This document shows positions 60,915 to 64,000 of a stretch of 64,000 nt of DNA, one piece after another; the first letter of the stretch is position 1; the number at the start of each line of letters is the position of its first letter. Location of the stretch: NCBI RefSeq assembly GCF_963921235.1, contig NC_086097.1, positions 45,386,001 through 45,450,000 of the forward strand. Direction: 5' to 3'. The stretch comes from Mobula hypostoma (Eukaryota). The notes under the pieces are model-generated. The model was given only the letters and a program-made list of their open reading frames with translations. It made no database searches and was not told the DNA's origin. The position numbers and the translations under genes were made by a program.

Positions 60915-63900
60915 TCATGTGCTGTTGGGGAGGCTTTAAACTAATAAGGCAGGGGGATGGGAACCCACACAGAAAAGAAGAGGGAAGTGATGCAGAGACC
61001 AAAGCTGGAGTTAGTGAAGAAAAAAGTAAGAGTAGAGTGCATAAAAGTAAAAATCAAAACTCACATAGGTCACTAGATTCTAAAAGGACAATGAGTATAA
61101 TGGCAGTTTATCTAAATGCCCGTAGTATTAGAAACAAGGTTAGTGAACTTGTGGCACAGATCAGTACCAAGGCATATGATTTAGTGACCATTTGCAGAAA
61201 CCTGGTTGCAAGGTGGAGATGACTGGGAATTAAATATCCAAGGGTATCAGGTAATATGGAAAGATAGGCAGGAAGTCAAAGGAGGTGGGGTGATTGATTA
61301 GGGATGAGATCAGGGCGATTGTGAGAGACGATATAAGATCTACGGAGCAGAATATTGAGTCCATCTGGGTAGAGATTAAGAATAGTAAAGTGAAAAAATC
61401 ACTGGTGGGTGTTGTCTATAGGCCACCTAATAAAAACATTGCAGTGGCAGAGGCGATTAACCAAGAAATAACTGAGGCTTGTAAGAACGAAACAGCAGTT
61501 GTCATGGGGGATTTTAACTTCCACATAGATTGGGTGAATTAGGTTGGTCAAGGAAGTCTTGAGGAGGACTTCATAGAATGCATCCATGATGGCTTTCTTG
61601 AGCAGCATGTTAGTGAGAAATGCTATCTTAGATCTAGTCCTGTGCAATGAGACACGTAAGATTAACAATCTTGTAGTCAGGGATCGTCTTGGAAAGAGTG
61701 ATCATAGTATGATTGAATTTTGCACACAGATGGAGGATGAAATAGTTAGATCTAAAACTAGTGTATTATGCTTGAACAAGGGAGACTACAACAGGATGAG
61801 GGAAGAGTTGGTAATGTGGATTGAGAGCACAGGCTATTTGGTAGGACAGTTGAGGAACAGTGGAATACTTTCAAAGAGATTTTTCACAGTGCTCAACAAA
61901 AGTATATTCCAGTCAAAAGTAAGGACAGTAAGTGTGGGGAGAGCCAGCCTTGGATAACTAAGGAAATAAAAGATAGTATCAAACTAAAAGCTCATGTGTA
62001 CAAAGTCGCAAAGAGTAGTGGGAAACTGGAGGATTGGGAAAACTTTAAAAAGCAACAGAGAACAACTAAACAAGAAGTAAGGAAAGGAAGATACAGTATG
62101 AAAGTAAATTAGCACAAAATATAAAAACAGATAGCAAAAGTTTTTATAAATATATAAAGCAGAAGAGGGTGGCTAAAGTCGATGTTGGTCCCTTGGAAGA
62201 CGAGAAGGGGAAATTGATATTGGGTGACAAGGAAATGGCTGAGGCATTGAACAACTATGGAGGACACATCTAATATGCCAAAGAAGGATGTTATGGATGA
62301 AATGGGAGGTGAGGATCTCAATAAAATCACTGTCACTAAAGAGATAGTGATGAGCAAACTAGAGGGCCTGAAGATAGATAAGTCCCCTGGTCCTGATGGG
62401 ATGCATCCCAGGGTGCTGAAGGAATTGGCGGAGGTTATACTAGACGTGTTGTTAATCATTTACCGAAATTCTCTAGACTCTGGGCAGGTCCCGGCGGATT
62501 GGAAGACAGCAAATGTCACGCCACTTTTTAAAAAAGGATGTAGACAAAAGACAGGCAACTATAGGCCAGTTAGCTTAACATCTGTAGTCGGCAAAATGCT
62601 TGAAGCTGTCATTAAGGAAGAAATAGCGAAACATTTAGAAAGGAGTGGTTCCATTAGACAGACACAGCATGGATTCAGAAAGGGCAGGTCCTGTTTGAGA
62701 AACTTACTGGAGTTCTTTGAGGACATAATGAGTGCAGTGGATAGAGGGGAACAGGTGGATGTCATATACTTGGATTTCCAGAAGGCGTTCGATAAGGTGC
62801 CGCACAAGAGACTTATAAATAAAATACAGATGCATGGAGTCAGACGAAGTGTATTGACATGGATGGTGAATTGGTTAACCAATAGAAGGCAGAGAGTTTG
62901 TATAAATGGGTGTTTCTCCAGTTGGCAGTCAGTGGTGAGTGGGGTACCGCAGGGGTCGGTGCTGGGCTCGCAGCTGTTTACCATTTACATTGATGATTTG
63001 GAAGAGGGGACTGAGTGTAGCGTAGCAAAATTTGCTGATGACACTAAACTGAGTAGAAAAGCAAATTGTACAGAGGATGTGGAGAGTCTGCAAAGGGATA
63101 TAGATAGGTTAAGTAAGTGGGCCGAGGTCTAGCAGAAGGAATACAATGTTGGCAAATGTGAGATCATCCACTTTGGAAAGAGTAATAGAAGAGCAGATTA
63201 TTATTTAAATGGTGAAAGATTGCAGCATGCTGTTGTGCAGAGGGTTTTGGGAGTGCTTGTTCAGGAATCGCAAAAAGTTGGCTTGCAGGTACAGCAAGTT
63301 ATTAAGAAGACAAATGGAATGTTGGCCTTCATTGCTAGAGGGATTGAATTCAAGAACAGGGAGGTTATGCTGCAACTATACAGGGTACTGGTGAGGCTGC
63401 ACCTGGAGTACTGTGTGCAGTGCTGGTCTCCATACTTGAGGAAGGATATACTAGCTTTGGAGGCAGTGTAGAGGTTGATTCCGGTGATGAAGGGGTTAAC
63501 CTATGAGGACAGATTAAGTCGCCTGGGACTATACTCTCTGGAATTCAGAAGAGTGAGATGGGATCTTATAGAAACATACAAAATTTTGAAAGGGATAGAT
63601 AAAATAGAAGTAGGAAAGTAGTTTCCATTGGTAGGTGAGACTAGAACTAGGGGACATTGCCTCAAGATTCAGGGGAGAAGATTTAGGACGGAGATGAGGA
63701 GAAACTGTTTTTCCCAGAAAGTGGTGAATCTGTGGAATTCTCTGCCCAGGGAAGCAGTTGAGGCTTCTTCACTAAATATATTTAAGATACAGTTAGATAG
63801 GTTTTTACATAGTAAGGGAATTAAGGGTTATGGGGAAAAGGCAGGTAAATGGAGCTGAGTTTACGGACAGATCAGCCATGATCTTATTGAATGACGGGGC

Positions 63901-63941
63901 AGGCTCGATGGGCCACTCCTGCTCCTATTTCTTATGTTCTT
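60915..63941 (+). mobile_element. CR1 LINE with nearly all of ORF2 (EN + RT), disrupted
   Basis: YLNARSIRNK, VVYRPP, VMGDFN, GKSDH; 291-aa RT ORF with LDFQKAFDKVPH, VPQGSVLG, KFADDTK; TCTTATGTTC tail. Confidence 0.95.
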
Positions 63942-64000
63942 CTCATGGCTGACTGGGACATAGGCTGCTGACTGCTGCTCACTAGATTCTTCAGTCTATC

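Overview
Vertebrate genomic DNA, most likely a cartilaginous fish (probably a ray), judged from the repeat families. It is not prokaryotic. No host protein-coding gene can be recognised. Most of the window is nested, largely decayed retroelements: many CR1-type LINEs, Rex1/Babar LINE fragments, two L1-clade LINEs (one young, with an 18-bp TSD), a truncated Ty3/Gypsy element, three LTR copies, tRNA-derived SINEs, a palindromic hAT MITE, and a 1.5-kb minisatellite grown from inside a SINE. The most interesting part is a set of about 10 Penelope-like element (PLE) insertions. They carry minimal hammerhead-ribozyme motifs and often form fold-back structures in which only one arm has a ~33-42 nt tail. 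One 62-bp insertion with a TSD appears to join a PLE tail to an inverted copy of the 3' half of tRNA-Ala. One LTR is followed by a tRNA-Pro primer-binding site. Coordinates of decayed repeats are approximate; TSD-defined boundaries were read base by base.
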